Virus record (IMG/VR): IMGVR_UViG_3300028859_000015 | Length of the DNA stretch: 64,000 nucleotides | Direction: 5' to 3' (one strand) | Source of the DNA: a virus | Lineage: Duplodnaviria; Heunggongvirae; Uroviricota; Caudoviricetes | Part shown: positions 50,982-60,446 of the stretch, piece after piece | Layout of the letters: each line of letters opens with the position of its first letter | How positions within the stretch are numbered: the stretch's first letter is position 1 | Made by a program: the position numbers and the translations under genes | Notes under the pieces: generated by a model | What the model was told of the DNA's origin: nothing | The model's input: only the letters and a program-made list of their open reading frames with translations | Databases searched by the model: none

Positions 50982-51968
50982 CTAGGTCTCAATGCTCGGA
51001 TTGTATTTAGCACCAGTCTTACCAAAGGTCGAAGCAACCGCATTTTTTGCGGTAAATTTTTGAGCTGCTCCAAAGGTTCCATCAAGCTTCATAGGACGAA
51101 GCTGGGGGTGAACACGAAGGAAGTAAGTCTTGTACATATGTTCTTTCCAATAATCCAGGTCTTTCTGATATTCAGCACGAGTCATATATTTCTTAATATC
51201 CCACTTTGGCTTAGGTTCAGGAGTGGAATTAAGCACTTCCACCATCATAATGTCTTCATCACCGTCAATTTTCTTACGCCAAAGAGTCCCAAAGGAATCA
51301 CTATGAATCTTTTCAGCATTGGTTCCCTTGAGATATTCAGCAACTCCAAACAAATCAATCATAATTCTTCGAACTTCCGCATTGGTTTCTTTTTCAATGC
51401 GGTCAACGGTAATGGAAGACCTGTCAAGAATAATATCTTCTGGAACACTGATACCATGAAAGAAGTACAAAAAATAACCATCACGATACTTAACAGCTGG
51501 GCCAGAAGTATTGTGAAGCCTATTTTCAGGGTCACGATGAAGCTCTGAAGGCCTGTCTTGGAGAACGGCAAGAGTTTCGTAGGCGCTCCACCAGCAACAA
51601 TTCTTCGCAAATTCAACAAGAAGATTAAACCCATTAGTAAAACCAGTGACCCCAACAACTTCCTGCATGTACTCATAGAAAGAAAGCCAAGAAGCCTCTT
51701 GATTACCGAAAGACATGTCAAAGAAAATGGAACTCTCTGACATAGAACTATCAATATTCTTAATAATAGAAATAGCTTCCTTCGGGGAACGTGCATAGAG
51801 GATGGTGTCGGGGGCCTTCAATCCAGTTTCTTCGTACAATTTTACTGCGCTTTTCTTTGCCTCCTCAAAATTGATAGGGTCTGTCGAAAGACCAATCTTC
51901 TGCCACTTATCGACAAATTCCGGAAATCTTGCTTCCTGTTCCTTGGTCAAGCTAGCGATTTTAGCCAT
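50982..51968 (-). CDS. hypothetical protein (328 aa, GC-rich cargo)
   Basis: Long ORF. GC about 40%. Confidence 0.55.
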   Translation of the reverse strand: MAKIASLTKEQEARFPEFVDKWQKIGLSTDPINFEEAKKSAVKLYEETGLKAPDTILYARSPKEAISIIKNIDSSMSESSIFFDMSFGNQEASWLSFYEYMQEVVGVTGFTNGFNLLVEFAKNCCWWSAYETLAVLQDRPSELHRDPENRLHNTSGPAVKYRDGYFLYFFHGISVPEDIILDRSSITVDRIEKETNAEVRRIMIDLFGVAEYLKGTNAEKIHSDSFGTLWRKKIDGDEDIMMVEVLNSTPEPKPKWDIKKYMTRAEYQKDLDYWKEHMYKTYFLRVHPQLRPMKLDGTFGAAQKFTAKNAVASTFGKTGAKYNPSIET

Positions 51969-51981
51969 TGTAGTTCTCCAG

Positions 51982-52218
51982 TTAGTGGGTTAGGTTATTT
52001 GATAGACTATTAAACAAAGCTCTTCTTGTGAGTTCTATTTGATTATCTACTTGATTCTTTATTTGATTATATACTTGATTATTTACTTGATTCCATACTT
52101 GAATATTTGTTTGCTTATATACTTGATTCTTTACTTGATTATCTACTTGATTCTTTATTTGATTATATACTTGATTATTTACTTGATTCCATACTTGGGG
52201 CTTTATTGATTTAAACAT
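51982..52218 (-). CDS. MFKSI-(xNQV)n tandem-repeat small protein
   Basis: SD AGGGGAA. 12-nt repeat body. Confidence 0.55.
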   Translation of the reverse strand: MFKSIKPQVWNQVNNQVYNQIKNQVDNQVKNQVYKQTNIQVWNQVNNQVYNQIKNQVDNQIELTRRALFNSLSNNLTH

Positions 52219-52220
52219 TA

Positions 52221-52331
52221 TTCATTCCCCTATTTGATTATATACTTGATTCCATACTTGATTCCTTACTTGATTATATACTCGTCTCAATACTTGTTCA
52301 CATACTTGACTCTTTACTAATTTAAGCATTT
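52221..52331 (-). CDS. short MLKLV-(xNQV)n repeat protein (36 aa)
   Basis: ATGCTTAAATTAGTAAAG start. Its stop TGA overlaps the SD of the next repeat gene. Confidence 0.4.
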
Positions 52332-52547
52332 TATTCAACACATTTGAATAGGAAATTTTTATCACTATTAGTCATATTAGGATGAAATTGTTTAGTCATA
52401 TTCCAGGCATGGTCTAAAATACTTGTTAACTCAAGGTCAGTATATTTTGCTTTACAATATTTGACAGATTTTTCAAAGTCTGGAAGATAAACATCCATCC
52501 TGAAAGAGTTATTAGACATGTGAGTCTCCTGTAGAGAGTGTTGAGGT

Positions 52548-52802
52548 TTATTCCCAAGGACAATCTATGCCTCTAACATAATTGAAAGGGTCTACCTCAA
52601 CTGATTTTCCATCTTTTACAGCAAATACAGTATTACATTTTTCACAAGTATATGGAGAATGCCTATTAACATTTACAAGAACTGATTTAGGAGCTTTTTT
52701 AAGTGAAAAAGTATCCAAATTACAGTTACCACTCTTACTCTGAAAATCTTCCCTGTGGCCACATTTAGGACAAGGTACTTTTACAGTATCATACATTCCC
52801 AT
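52548..52802 (-). CDS. zinc-ribbon protein
   Basis: CPKCGH...CEKCN. Confidence 0.45.
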   Translation of the reverse strand: MGMYDTVKVPCPKCGHREDFQSKSGNCNLDTFSLKKAPKSVLVNVNRHSPYTCEKCNTVFAVKDGKSVEVDPFNYVRGIDCPWE

Positions 52803-52965
52803 AGAGTTTCTCCTTGAGGCAATAAAAGTGAAGGTTATTCAGGCGATACCTTCAAACGCTTATCGAGGGCACCAGTAGTTTTTTTAAGAGAAACTACAAA
52901 CTCCTGGAGAAGATGCTGGTAGACTCAGGCACTACCCATATCTATCCTCATAGCATCTAAATAGT

Positions 52966-53018
52966 AGTGCTAGTAGATTCAGAATAGTTTTTCTATTCCT
53001 ATCTATCTTAATAGCACT
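52966..53018. ncRNA. structured repeat element, copy B
   Basis: Outer stem agtgcta/tagcact: three base pairs changed relative to copy A, all compensatory. Inner stem gaatag-ttttt-ctattc. Same conserved core. Confidence 0.5.
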
Positions 53019-53031
53019 CTATCAAATCAGC

Positions 53032-53211
53032 TTAATCCAAGAGCTGTTTCAAGAGTTTAACAAATAAAAATCCCACGGCAATACCAACAATAAAAAGCCA
53101 ATAATTATGAATTACAACACTAGGGAACTGTTTATACATTACATCATTCCAACCAAGCATAAGAATATAAAGAAGAAACATACCAAGAATAATGGAAATA
53201 ATTTGTTTCAT
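53032..53211 (-). CDS. 59-aa membrane protein
   Basis: MKQIISIILGMFLLYILMLGW... Not in the ORF track. Confidence 0.4.
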   Translation of the reverse strand: MKQIISIILGMFLLYILMLGWNDVMYKQFPSVVIHNYWLFIVGIAVGFLFVKLLKQLLD

Positions 53212-54236
53212 ATTGACTAATCTCCTTGTGGGGGCTATTAAATTATCGTCTTCATCTGGATTAAAGAAAGACCTACAATCAAAATTAAAATAAAATTTTC
53301 TTTCTTCTAACTCTGCTTCATAACTAGCAAGTTCTTCCTGGGCATCTAATTTTTCATTATAATATAGTTCATCAAGGGCTTTTTAATTTCTTTCTTTGAA
53401 GAAAGAAGTTTAGCCCTCACCTAAAAATCTTTATGAAATTGAATGCTGGTATTAAGGAGATTTTTCATACCTCTCCAAAAACCACGTTCCTTGAAATGGC
53501 AAATCCAATCATTGAGCTTATAATTATATGACCCGCAGCCACACTTAAAATAGAGTTTCATTGTAGTTCTCCTATGTTTCTATTTCTCGTTCCCATTTAA
53601 GCTGGGCCCTATGAGAGTTATAGACAACTTGTTCACAACCTATTCTAATATCCATATTGTTAACTTCATAACAACTAATAACAAAGTTAAAATCTTTAAA
53701 AAACCATAAATGTTTTTTAAACCATTTATTAAAACATGGCATATTTTTAAATCCAAATTTGAAATAATCTCTAAAATCCTCCCCCAAGCCATCATCTCTG
53801 GGAGTAGTCATATCCCCAAGCTCTGAATAAACCCCTGAATCACATAAGGCAGAATAAAAAATTTCATTTCTAAACCTATAGTTAAAAGGACCTTCACGAG
53901 TAATTTTATGTTCAAGTCTAAAAATTTCCATGTAGTCCTCCTAGGTTAGTGAATCAAATTAAGGGTTAGGTAATAAATACCTAACCACTAATCAGATTGG
54001 TGGGACTTGGAACTTTAAATTATATACTAGTATTTATTTTTCGCTGTATTTATAAGTAAGAATAGCTACAGGACTAATTTCCGTCTCACCTTCAAGAATT
54101 GGATGACCTTCAAAAACCATCCAACAATTACCTGAATAAATAGGCAGTTTAAGAACCTTGCTCAAATCATTTGTAATCACACGCTGCATTTTAGTTACCT
54201 TAACGTCACTATAAATAAGGGTATAGGGCTTCATTT

Positions 54237-54365
54237 TCAGTCCTTTCTTGTTATTCCGTTAAGTATTGATTGATTATATACTTGACTATATACTTGATTC
54301 CCTACTTGATTCCATACTTGAATACTTACTTGATTCCTTACTTGACTCCTTACTGATTTAAGCAT
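54237..54365 (-). CDS. short MLKSV-(xNQV)n repeat protein
   Basis: Same conserved start. Stop 3 nt before the next gene start. Confidence 0.4.
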   Translation of the reverse strand: MLKSVRSQVRNQVSIQVWNQVGNQVYSQVYNQSILNGITRKD

Positions 54366-54562
54366 TATTTATTCTCCTTTATTTGATTGTATACTTGATT
54401 CCATATTTGATTTAGTACTTTTTCTAATATTTGAAGATATACTTGATTCTTTATTTGATTATCTACTTGACTATATACTTGATTCCCTACTTGATTATCT
54501 ACTTGATTCCCTACTTGATTCCATACTTGAATACTTACTTGACTCTTTACTGATTTAAGCAT
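54365..54562 (-). CDS. MLKSV-(xNQV)n tandem-repeat small protein
   Basis: SD AAGGAGA. 65 aa. Confidence 0.55.
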   Translation of the reverse strand: MLKSVKSQVSIQVWNQVGNQVDNQVGNQVYSQVDNQIKNQVYLQILEKVLNQIWNQVYNQIKENK

Positions 54563-54565
54563 TAT

Positions 54566-54763
54566 TTATTCTCCTTTCAAGAGATAAGATTGTTCTTGAT
54601 TCCATATTTGATTTGGTACTTTTTCTAATATTTGAAGATATACTTGATTATTTACTTTACTCTCTACTTGATTACTTACTTGATTCCATATTTGACTCGT
54701 TACTTTGTCCTTTATTTGATGTCCCACTCTACTTCTTACTATAATAGTCTCTGATTTAAGCAT
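54566..54763 (-). CDS. MLKSE-(xNQV)n tandem-repeat small protein
   Basis: SD AGGAGA. 65 aa. Confidence 0.55.
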   Translation of the reverse strand: MLKSETIIVRSRVGHQIKDKVTSQIWNQVSNQVESKVNNQVYLQILEKVPNQIWNQEQSYLLKGE

Positions 54764-54779
54764 TACTTATCCCCATTCT

Positions 54780-56342
54780 TTATGGGACAATAGGCAAGCT
54801 GTCTGCTTCATTGACACTTGGAAATACAAATTGCCCATACCCTGTTCTATGGCCTTGTTTAAGATATCTAAAATTATATGGTTGAGTCAAAGGTCTGCTA
54901 CTATTATACATACCCAGAGTAGCACAATTAGTTTCAGCAATCTCTTTAATGATTCTATATGATTCAAGAAAATTAACTTTCATATCTTCAGCACACCAAT
55001 GATTACAAATTAAAACAGGCCTACCCACTGTTCGTCTTGCTGGCCCTGACACTCTCATATTCTGAAGAGAACTATTTAATGGGAAGAATTTTTTAGTATA
55101 GTGAACTTGAATAATAATTTCAAATTGATTTTCTTTGTCAGAATAATCAGTAAAGCTAACACCACGACTAGCCATAAAGCCAGCGATGATAATAACTTTA
55201 CGAAATCCCAAATCTTTTTGTTGTTTAATTAAATCAGCTAAAGTCTCTTCTGAACTTTCTTTGGTTTCTGAATTCATTACAAATAATCCAACTTTATTAC
55301 TTGCTCCCAATTCATTAAGATGTCTTTTAATTACCTCAGCCATTCCAAATTGTTGAATTTTACGATTTTCAAGACTAATTAAACAAAGTTGTACAATATC
55401 AGACCCCTCTTCCTGTTTGTTAGCTGCCTTTACAAACTGTTCAGTAGCAAAACTAACAGCTGGATAGAAACTATTATATGCTTGGTCCATATAATCACCA
55501 GTCCAACGATTACGAGCCTTACATCTATTTTCAACAATACGACCATCTAATACTATATTAGCAGGATGGTCAATACCAATACCGACATAATTTTGATAAG
55601 GTTGTTTATAAAGAACTAACCAATCATCCTTTTCTGCTGTAAGAATAGCAGCAGGAGTAGCAGAAACAAAGATAGTTCTACTATTAGATCTAGATTTAAC
55701 CATATTTTTAATTTGAAGAAGAAGCATAGTCACTGGAGGAAGGGAACTACCATCAGCTACTGGCTCTTCATCTAAAGTGTCTTCGTCATCAGATTCTATA
55801 TTTTTTTTCTTACTTTGCTTTCTTTCATTAGCCTCAATTGTATTTCTGGATTTGTCCGCCTCGTCAATTACTACAGTCACTGGTAAATCTTCCAGCATAT
55901 CTAGGATATCTTCTAGTTGTTTTAGATTATTAATTTCCATAAGCAAATGAATAATACGTTTTTTACCTACTGATTCTTTTAGAAACTTACCAAGTCTAAT
56001 ATCATCACGATAATTGACAATCTCAAAGCCAAGACTACGGGCTCTACTATTAGTCTGTGATGCTAGGCAGGTATTCTTATCACTAATAAAAACAATGGCA
56101 GATTCTTTATAGAAATGGCTAACTGTTTTAAGAACATCACTAGTTTTGCCACTTTGTACTGATTTGAATAAAATAATGCTGGTATAAGACTTATGCTCAA
56201 TTAAAACATCTTTAACTTCCGTACTGTTGGAGAGCATTAGGAATTTACCCATTGTATTTCTCCTATTTGGCAGCAAACTTCCACATGCCATTGTTGTTAA
56301 CTTCAGGTTTAGTATTGCTTGATGGATATGTAATAAATACAT
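54780..56342 (-). CDS. SF2 DEAD/DEAH-type helicase-like ATPase
   Basis: Motif I VQSGKTS, motif II VVIDEADKS, motif III FVSATPA. The track ORF starts at GTG 56348; the first ATG is at 56342. Confidence 0.55.
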   Translation of the reverse strand: MYLLHIHQAILNLKLTTMACGSLLPNRRNTMGKFLMLSNSTEVKDVLIEHKSYTSIILFKSVQSGKTSDVLKTVSHFYKESAIVFISDKNTCLASQTNSRARSLGFEIVNYRDDIRLGKFLKESVGKKRIIHLLMEINNLKQLEDILDMLEDLPVTVVIDEADKSRNTIEANERKQSKKKNIESDDEDTLDEEPVADGSSLPPVTMLLLQIKNMVKSRSNSRTIFVSATPAAILTAEKDDWLVLYKQPYQNYVGIGIDHPANIVLDGRIVENRCKARNRWTGDYMDQAYNSFYPAVSFATEQFVKAANKQEEGSDIVQLCLISLENRKIQQFGMAEVIKRHLNELGASNKVGLFVMNSETKESSEETLADLIKQQKDLGFRKVIIIAGFMASRGVSFTDYSDKENQFEIIIQVHYTKKFFPLNSSLQNMRVSGPARRTVGRPVLICNHWCAEDMKVNFLESYRIIKEIAETNCATLGMYNSSRPLTQPYNFRYLKQGHRTGYGQFVFPSVNEADSLPIVP

Positions 56343-56360
56343 ATCCACTAAACAATAATT

Positions 56361-56600
56361 CTAGTTAGCTATTTTATTACTTACTTGATTATATACTCGT
56401 CTCAATACTTGTTCACATACTTGAATTCTTACTTGAATTCTTACTTGAATTCTTACTTGATTACTTACTTGATTCCATGCTTGATTAAATACTTGATTAA
56501 ATACTTGATTAAATACTTGATTAAATACTTGATTAAATACTTGATTCGTTACTTGGGTATATATTTGGTTATCTACTTGATTCCTTACCGATTTAAGCAT
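56361..56600 (-). CDS. MLKSV-(xNQV)n tandem-repeat small protein
   Basis: Five consecutive FNQV units. 12-nt repeats. Confidence 0.55.
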   Translation of the reverse strand: MLKSVRNQVDNQIYTQVTNQVFNQVFNQVFNQVFNQVFNQAWNQVSNQVRIQVRIQVRIQVCEQVLRRVYNQVSNKIAN

Positions 56601-57589
56601 TGTCTATAGCCTTGATGCTAGTCCACCATGCTAGACATTCTTCAACTTTATCATAAGCCAATGGACAAGTTAGATTGTATTCGCATTGGCCACATATCTT
56701 TTCAGCCAATTCATTATGTTCGTTAGTTGTTTGTTCTTTATTGTCACTCATATAATCTCCTTGTTTTGAGTTTGTTCTTAGTTAACTAGGGGATGTCCTT
56801 TATTCAGAGTTCCTAGTTGAATAAAAACAAATACTGGCCCAGGATAGTATGTTCCCAGGCCAGTATATTTTACTATTGTTCTATAATCTCTAGGTTTAGT
56901 CTCAACGTTGTGGTAGTTTTTATAAGTTGGCTTAACTACCAAACCATGGCATATATCTAACCCTGCATGTACCACCTCACAATTCCCTATATTACCCAGG
57001 CGATTAGGTAATATAGCTCAAGAAGATTGGAGTTGTATTCTTGGGGGATTTAGATATGCGGAAAATCCCCAACAACCGCTTAATTAACATGACATTGTTC
57101 ATCTTTTCTCCTATTGGTGTGGGTGCCATTTTCGATAACAGCATTCCACAATTGCTCTAGCTCTTTCAAGCTAGGACAGTTAGAAGGAGACTCATGTTTA
57201 GACACAGGCTTGTATCCATAAACAAGAGTCAGTAAGAAAAAGTTGAGGGTTTATACGATACCCACAAACGTTTATTCCCCAGTCGCTTCACAGGTTTCCC
57301 TCCACATACTGGGGTACTTCTACTATGTGAGAGTTTGAGGCTATATAGTCCACCACTATGTAGACTATTAGTAGGATACTACTGGAATATAAACAACTCC
57401 CAGCAATATGCAGCTCACAACCAGACGTGAGGGTTATTCGATACCAAACTGACCCCCTAAAAATCAATTTAATACAGCCAAGCGTATTAAACTTGGCTGA
57501 ATAAACTGATTGTATTTATTTGAGCTGTAATAGGCCTAGGAGACCTACTTGCCGTTCTTCATCTTACCGTGTGCCTTGATCTTTCCGGC

Positions 57590-57691
57590 CTTACTTTGCC
57601 CGGTCCTGGTCTTGTTCAGGCGGTCGGAAACGGTGAGTTTGTTCTTGTTCACCTTGTCGAACTTCTCAACCTTGACTTTGGCTTTGGCCAT
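57590..57691 (-). CDS. small Lys-rich basic protein (about 35 aa; a +1 shift at a C4 run would extend it to about 50 aa)
   Basis: SD AAGGAG. MAKAKVKVEKFDKVNKNKLTVSDRLNKTRTGAK*. The other frame continues QSKAGKIKAHGKMKNGK. GC-rich islet. Confidence 0.35.
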
Positions 57692-57748
57692 GATTACTTC
57701 TCCTTTTTGTTGTGTTGTTTCTTGTATATAGAGGGAGGATGTTGAGGT

Positions 57749-57889
57749 TTATTCGAAATGAACGGTATAACGGGTATCCTTGTGAGAGATGCCCTTGTTC
57801 ATGCGCTTCTGTTTGTTGTTCTGGAGACGCTTGTACTGCTTTCGTGAACCTGCCTTATCCAGAGTGAGGAACTTCTCAGTGGTTGACAT
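57749..57889 (-). CDS. 46-aa basic protein
   Basis: SD AAGGAGAG. MSTTEKFLTLDKAGSRKQYKRLQNNKQKRMNKGISHKDTRYTVHFE. Confidence 0.4.
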   Translation of the reverse strand: MSTTEKFLTLDKAGSRKQYKRLQNNKQKRMNKGISHKDTRYTVHFE

Positions 57890-57997
57890 GTTTCTCTCCT
57901 TGTTAATAAATACCAGGAACTATTCCTGATAATATAAGATTATCTTGATGATAGTCTAGGAGTTAGCCAGACCACCACTAAAACAACTGATTATTTA

Positions 57998-58291
57998 TTA
58001 ATCTTCAGAGGCATAATCCTCCGTATTGTATTCGGGCTCCTGGTGAACAAGCTTGGCATCCTGGATACCGTAATCAAAACCATGGCACCAGAACGTGTAC
58101 TCCCTGGTCGTCTTCTCGTAGGGATTGAGACGAAGCTTGAACTTCTTGTAGGTGTATCCGGCATAATACCCGGACGTGGCCGCTTCGATGATGGACCGAG
58201 GATAGCCCTTCAGCTGACGTGCCACCAGAGAAACATTGTCGATCTTCACAATGTTCTCACCTTCGATGTGGATGTTTTCAAGACCTTTCAT
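57998..58291 (-). CDS. hypothetical protein, homolog of 49494..49742
   Basis: SIIEAATSGYYAGYTYKKFKLR..PY..TREYTFWCHGFDYG. SD AGGAGA. GC about 47%. Confidence 0.55.
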   Translation of the reverse strand: MKGLENIHIEGENIVKIDNVSLVARQLKGYPRSIIEAATSGYYAGYTYKKFKLRLNPYEKTTREYTFWCHGFDYGIQDAKLVHQEPEYNTEDYASED

Positions 58292-58366
58292 GACGTTCTC
58301 CTATCTTTCTTGTGTTGTTGGAAATAAGTCTTAATCACTATGACTAAGACCAGTAAAAAGCCGGTA

Positions 58367-58660
58367 CTAAAACTTATTGAGGAAGTGGATAGTAACAAGG
58401 CTAAGACTAAGGATACCCCATATACAGAAGGTACCCAGTCCCATGAACAAGATAGCATCCAGTAAAGAAATACCAGATTCTTTCTTGTCCATATCAACTA
58501 TCTTGTTAGACACAATGAACTGACCATTATGTTTGGCCCATTCCTTGCATCTTTTGATTCCCTCATTGTCTGCGAGGGTAGAGAAGTGTGTACGCCCAGG
58601 ATTTTCAGGCCTCCCACTAACTAAGGACATTATCTGTCCTTTCTTGATTATGTTGAGCAT
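58367..58660 (-). CDS. hypothetical protein with C-terminal TM helix
   Basis: 97-aa ORF. Confidence 0.45.
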   Translation of the reverse strand: MLNIIKKGQIMSLVSGRPENPGRTHFSTLADNEGIKRCKEWAKHNGQFIVSNKIVDMDKKESGISLLDAILFMGLGTFCIWGILSLSLVTIHFLNKF

Positions 58661-58792
58661 TGTATGATTCCTCCTATAGATAAAGAAACTGTTGTTGACA
58701 AATATGAGAGGGAGGTGTTAATGAGATACTAACATTTAACACTCAATCTCACATTTAGCAAAAACAGTAATAAATTATGGCATATATCTACC

Positions 58793-58984
58793 TTAGGGTA
58801 TAATTTCTGCCCTTATTTTATTAACTACTTGATTATATACTTGATTAAACACTTGATTAAACACTTGATAGAATATTTGATTTCTTACTTGGGTATATAT
58901 TTGGTTATCTACTTGATTCCATACTTGATTCTTTACTTGGGTATATATTTGGTTATCTACTTGAGTCCTTACTGATTTAAGCAT
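58793..58984 (-). CDS. MLKSV-(xNQV)n tandem-repeat small protein
   Basis: SD AAGGGGA. 63 aa. Confidence 0.55.
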   Translation of the reverse strand: MLKSVRTQVDNQIYTQVKNQVWNQVDNQIYTQVRNQIFYQVFNQVFNQVYNQVVNKIRAEIIP

Positions 58985-59150
58985 TATTTATCCCCTTTGT
59001 TAGTTAATGAATTGTTTTAAGAATATCCTGTGCCATATTGATATTACTAGGAGGGGCAGGGTATTATTAAAGCAACTAATATAAATATACTATGGGCGAG
59101 AATCACAGTTCTATCAACTATCCTACACAAACACTCCATCTAATCTAGCC

Positions 59151-59281
59151 TATCTAACCCGTGTTAACTTGTGTTGACTTTATCTAACTTATTTAAATTT
59201 ATCTAACCCGTGTTAACTTGTGTTAACTTGTGTTGACTTTATCTAACTTATTTAAATTTATCTAACCCGTGTTAACTTGTG
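59151..59281. repeat. about 2.5 copies of a 49/59-nt tandem repeat with internal 10-nt GTGTTAACTT sub-repeats (iteron-like)
   Basis: tatctaacccgtgttaacttgtgttgactttatctaacttatttaaatt repeated. The second unit carries an extra gttaacttgt. Confidence 0.7.
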
Positions 59282-59584
59282 CGGATTCTTGATAATATTT
59301 GTTTAAATTCTCCTAAATTTCTGTCAGGATTTGTCGATAATCTAATAATTAAGTATGTAGACCAAGATAGGAGACCTTGTAACATTCAAAGCTTTGTAAG
59401 ACTCAATCGGTTCGTCCAGAGCATAAACACTAGAATAGGGACAATGGTTAAATAACTTCCTTTACAAATTATGTTGTATCTATACTATATAAAGTTCATT
59501 ATACCCTGACGGATTATGACCGTCTTTAATTGTTTATGTTACTATTACAGGGTGGATAACAAACTAATTCAAACAAGAAAATTA

Positions 59585-59694
59585 GAATTACTCTTAATAA
59601 ATATGAGGGGGGGAGTCTAAACCTCAGCCTCATATTTATTAAAAATAAAAAGGGTCTGTCACAAGATACCCTTTAGAGGGGCAAGCTTATGACA
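59585..59694 (-). terminator. two tandem rho-independent terminators downstream of the 243-aa gene
   Basis: 13-bp stems aaagggtctgtca/tgacagacccttt and aataaatatgagg/cctcatatttatt. T-runs on the minus strand. Confidence 0.55.
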
Positions 59695-59714
59695 GACCCT
59701 TTTATATTGCCGTA

Positions 59715-60446
59715 TTACTTGGCAGGCTTTTCGGAAGTGTTACGGAGCATGACGATATTGTCTTCATCCAGCCCGTTCTCCTGGAACTTCTTTTCCAGGA
59801 AGGTGATGTAGTCTTCCTTGGAAACTTCCTTGGCCTTGGCCTTGAGGGCGACCAGAGCATCGATCTCGTTCTGGATGTCTTTGATGACAGCAGAAGAAGG
59901 ATCGTTGACGGTACGGATGTCAAGATACTTCCCAGACTTGCAGAACCGGCGCTTGACATCAGCTTCAGGATCAGCAGTAGATTTGTTCTTGTTCAGGTCG
60001 ATGATGCGTTCCTGAATTTCCGACATGACCCCACGGAAAAACTCAGGAGTCTTCTCTTTGGGCTCCAGTTCGGCCTGTTCCTGATCGAGCTTTGCCTGCT
60101 GTTCCGTGATGTAAAGGCTCAGGCCAGGTGCAAGCTTCTTTTCGGAAAGCCTGATTAGCTTGTTGTAATCCATGTCTTCAACAGTCTCTCCGATGCTTTC
60201 CATGACGGAGAAGACATCAGAAAAGGAACGCTTGGACATGGTGACAGGGCCGACAGTTGCGGGAACCTTGGCCTTCTTTTCTTCACGGGTCCTGGGCTTT
60301 TCTTCCACGAATCCCACGAAGTTGAAAAAGACACTGGTGGAGCCTTTTTCCTTATCTGCGCTGGCCTCGGTCACGATGATGTTTTCGTGGACCAGGAAAG
60401 CTTCGTCATGCTCTGTCCCTGAGATAGCCAAGAATTTATAGGCCAT
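59715..60446 (-). CDS. hypothetical charged/coiled-coil protein with foreign composition
   Basis: 243-aa ORF. GC about 46-48% vs about 27% background. Codons such as CTG/GGC/GAC are unlike the rest of the window. Confidence 0.6.
   Translation of the reverse strand: MAYKFLAISGTEHDEAFLVHENIIVTEASADKEKGSTSVFFNFVGFVEEKPRTREEKKAKVPATVGPVTMSKRSFSDVFSVMESIGETVEDMDYNKLIRLSEKKLAPGLSLYITEQQAKLDQEQAELEPKEKTPEFFRGVMSEIQERIIDLNKNKSTADPEADVKRRFCKSGKYLDIRTVNDPSSAVIKDIQNEIDALVALKAKAKEVSKEDYITFLEKKFQENGLDEDNIVMLRNTSEKPAK

Noticed and set aside
56385-56609. Plus-strand ORF YLNSYLNSYLNS... mirrored on the repeat gene.
   Set aside because: It is the antisense reading of the 12-nt repeat. The minus-strand reading has a conserved SD plus ATG shared by all ten copies.
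57749-57889. Small basic ORFs as phage-encoded ribosomal protein bS21.
   Set aside because: Length and charge are compatible, but I could not align them to the S21 consensus; no call made.
49900-58990. Short direct repeats that could be mistaken for a CRISPR array.
   Set aside because: The repeats are 12 nt, contiguous with no spacers, and in-frame within ORFs. This is not CRISPR architecture.
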